From positions 1 through 10,006 of the forward strand of contig JAHLWH010000110.1 in assembly GCA_019058015.1 (NCBI GenBank): a stretch of DNA of 10,006 nt. Reading direction: 5' to 3'. Below, piece by piece: positions 7,913 through 10,006 of this stretch. The notes under the pieces are model-generated. The model saw only the letters and a list, made by a program, of their open reading frames with translations, did not search any database and was not told where the DNA came from. This stretch comes from Promethearchaeota archaeon (GTDB lineage: Archaea; Asgardarchaeota; Lokiarchaeia; Sigyniarchaeales; SOKP01). Position 1 is the stretch's first letter; each line of letters starts with the position of its first letter. A program made the position numbers and the translations under genes.

Positions 7913-8128
7913 TTATTTATTTGAAAATCCTAAAATAGTATCACAATGTGGGCAAGTAAACATTTTTATTAGGTAAATTCTTTTATTCTTGGATTGTTTT
8001 TCCGTCAATCCTGGAGAAAATTCTTCTCCGGAGAAATCATATGATGGATATTTGAATGTACCAGTTTCAATATTCTGAAAAAAATCTTTAAGATGAACTT
8101 CTTTCTTGCAATATGGACATTTTCCCAT
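7913..8128 (-). CDS. Small zinc-finger-like protein (CPYC...CPHC), hypothetical
   Basis: ATG start, MGKCPYC at the N-terminus and FTCPHCDTILGFS at the C-terminus. Two CxxC knuckles in 71 aa are unlikely by chance. Confidence 0.75.
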   Translation of the reverse strand: MGKCPYCKKEVHLKDFFQNIETGTFKYPSYDFSGEEFSPGLTEKQSKNKRIYLIKMFTCPHCDTILGFSNK

Positions 8129-8403
8129 AGATTTTACACTTTATTTTTCATTTTTTATCGGAATTAATATGATATCTATAAAAAATTGAGTATTTATATC
8201 CATCTGGGTTATTTTTAGTCATTTGTAGAAAAAGATAATATATGAAAATATTTTTTTTAAAGGTTATACCCACTTTTTTTATAAAAAAATTGATATATTA
8301 CTCAGTCTTCTTTTTTAATTTACTTATTAGCATCAATATTAAAGCTATTACCAAGAAAAACTTTTAGAAATAAAAAAAAAGAGCATAGATTTCATCCATT
8401 TTC

Positions 8404-9888
8404 TTAATTATTTTCTCTCCTAATTAGAAAATTTAAAAGAATAACTGAAACCAAACAGAGAGTATTAATTGCAATCCATAAACTATAATATAAATCGACA
8501 GGTAAATACCAGAGAGGTTGAGTCAAATCAGTAAATTTATGGGGGTCATTGGTTTTAACATAACTAACGCCTAAACACCAAAGTTGAGAATATCGCTCTA
8601 TGAAGTCAACAGTATATACAACCACCGAAATATTTGCTTCCGAATACTCTTTAAATTGTGTATTACTCAAACTATAATGAGTGTTAATTTGATCATAATC
8701 AGAATCTAAGAATTCCCCTACAGAACAAGCGCTCCTCATTTTTGTTATGTTAGGAGCTTTATCTTCAATCACATTAAATAATTCATCACCAGTGGGTATC
8801 CAAATCTTATCTTCAATACCCGTCGATACAATTAAGTCTATGCAAATATTGTAAAATTGCTGACGGTATGGATGACCCTCTGGAGGTCTTCTAAGGTCAA
8901 AATCAAAGATTAGATTATTATCTCTAGTAAAATTTAAAGCTTCTTCGAATGTTGGAATTTTAATCCCGCGATACTCTTCCGCTTGAGTAGGAGTGATAAG
9001 ACCCTTAGCTATAGCATAATATGGATCACTATCAACAAACCATGAACCCGCATCAAGTTGTTTAATCTCGGATAAAGTAAAATTGCTTGCCCTTAAATCA
9101 GCACGATCAGAAAAAATCACTTCAACATTAGTTGTTCGCTTGAGTGTTGAATCATGCATTAAAAAAGGTACACCATCGTAACTAATCATAACATCTGATT
9201 CCCACCCAACACATCCATAATTAACAGCTAATACGGCAGCTTTAATTGTATTTTCCGGGGCAAGATGAGCCGCCCCACGATGACCAACGATACCAGGTTT
9301 AGGAGGGAAAGGTCCTTTAATAACAATAGCAGGCACATATAAAAAAGGCAGACTAAAGATAAATCCATAAGATATGATATAACAACTTAAAATCAAAATA
9401 GATTTAGGTTGTCTTATTGAGGTCTTTATTATTGCAAGAATAGGGTCTGCAATAATTGCTATGCTAATAGCACCTCCAATAAAAATTAATATACTTATAT
9501 ATTCAAAAAGATGAGATACTATTGCCGCTTCCTCACCGAATAGGTCTAACATTATAAATAAAAGTGCGTTAATAACAACAATAAGAATTGTTGCAAGAAT
9601 TTTATGTGCTATATGAGGATCAATTCGATTAATTGTAAATATTTTTTTAAGATTGATTGTTAATAAAACAACAGAATATGTTAGTGGAATTCCAATTATA
9701 AGCAAAAAAATTAGAACATAATTTGCCTTGAATCCTATGAAATCTCCAAGATATTCATTGAAATCTGCCCATATCGGTTCTATCGCTATTAGTATCATTT
9801 CAAAAATAAACAAACTAACAAAATCAATTATGAATACTAGAAGCCATTTTTTTCCTTGTTTTCTATAAAATGATGCATACCAAGGCAT
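8404..9888 (-). CDS. Multi-pass membrane glycerophosphodiester phosphodiesterase, GDE2/GDE3/GDE6-like (5 TM - GDPD - 1 TM)
   Basis: GHRGA..LAPENT, WESDV..SYDGVPFLMHDSTLKRTTNV, LDAGSWF, IPTFEE, YTVD and GV..VKTNDP. Five hydrophobic segments precede the catalytic domain and one follows it. SD-like GAAGTGA upstream. Confidence 0.92.
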   Translation of the reverse strand: MPWYASFYRKQGKKWLLVFIIDFVSLFIFEMILIAIEPIWADFNEYLGDFIGFKANYVLIFLLIIGIPLTYSVVLLTINLKKIFTINRIDPHIAHKILATILIVVINALLFIMLDLFGEEAAIVSHLFEYISILIFIGGAISIAIIADPILAIIKTSIRQPKSILILSCYIISYGFIFSLPFLYVPAIVIKGPFPPKPGIVGHRGAAHLAPENTIKAAVLAVNYGCVGWESDVMISYDGVPFLMHDSTLKRTTNVEVIFSDRADLRASNFTLSEIKQLDAGSWFVDSDPYYAIAKGLITPTQAEEYRGIKIPTFEEALNFTRDNNLIFDFDLRRPPEGHPYRQQFYNICIDLIVSTGIEDKIWIPTGDELFNVIEDKAPNITKMRSACSVGEFLDSDYDQINTHYSLSNTQFKEYSEANISVVVYTVDFIERYSQLWCLGVSYVKTNDPHKFTDLTQPLWYLPVDLYYSLWIAINTLCLVSVILLNFLIRRENN

Positions 9889-9924
9889 AATAACTAGATA
9901 TTCACTTCAATAATTAATAAAAAT

Positions 9925-10006
9925 TTAGTTATGATTATTCGATTTTCTCATTTTTTTGTGTTTTAAAATTTGACCATTTAGAACGCCTAAATGTTCTCCT
10001 TTTGCA
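9925..10006 (-). CDS. 3' end of an upstream gene, probably an amidohydrolase (N-acyl-D-amino-acid deacylase-like C-terminus); partial
   Basis: The minus strand 10005..9925 reads AKGEHLGVLNGQILKHKKMRKSNNHN*. This resembles the terminal 'G.htG...G.hLr' motif of D-aminoacylase-type amidohydrolases. Only 26 residues are visible. Confidence 0.45.
   Translation of the reverse strand, partial: AKGEHLGVLNGQILKHKKMRKSNNHN

Noticed and set aside
8011-8031. Imperfect hairpin TGGAGAA...TTCTCCG within the small zinc-finger gene
   Set aside because: Within coding sequence, single occurrence and no supporting context.
8129-8403. 275-nt AT-rich intergenic region considered as an ncRNA or IS remnant
   Set aside because: No GC-rich stems, terminal inverted repeats or direct repeats seen; consistent with the terminator and promoter space between two minus-strand genes.
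9975-9993. Inverted repeat CATTTAG-AACGC-CTAAATG
   Set aside because: Weak AT-rich 7-bp stem inside the probable partial CDS; no IS end or RNA gene context.

Overview
AT-rich archaeal chromosomal window. The Sm-like gene next to rpl37e shows it is archaeal; the low GC and gene content suggest an Asgard/Lokiarchaeia-type genome (inference). In order it holds: a 2-hydroxyacyl-CoA dehydratase subunit interrupted by an in-frame TGA, SmAP/LSm, rpl37e, a gamma-carbonic-anhydrase-like protein, an SDR, a zinc-ribbon/TM/DUF4097-like TTGG-repeat surface protein, an MBL-fold hydrolase, a ThiF/MoeB E1-like enzyme, an FprA flavodiiron protein, a C-terminal remnant of a B3/B4-domain gene, a small CxxC..CxxC zinc-finger protein, a six-TM glycerophosphodiester phosphodiesterase, and probably the 3' end of an amidohydrolase at the right edge. 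The most notable item is the GDPD (8404-9888). It matches the animal GDE2/GDE3/GDE6 (GDPD5/GDPD2/GDPD4) ecto-enzymes in architecture (5 TM - GDPD - TM) and in subfamily motifs, so it is a candidate eukaryotic-signature-like protein. All homology calls come from motif recognition, not from database searches. No tRNA, rRNA, CRISPR array or mobile element was recognised.
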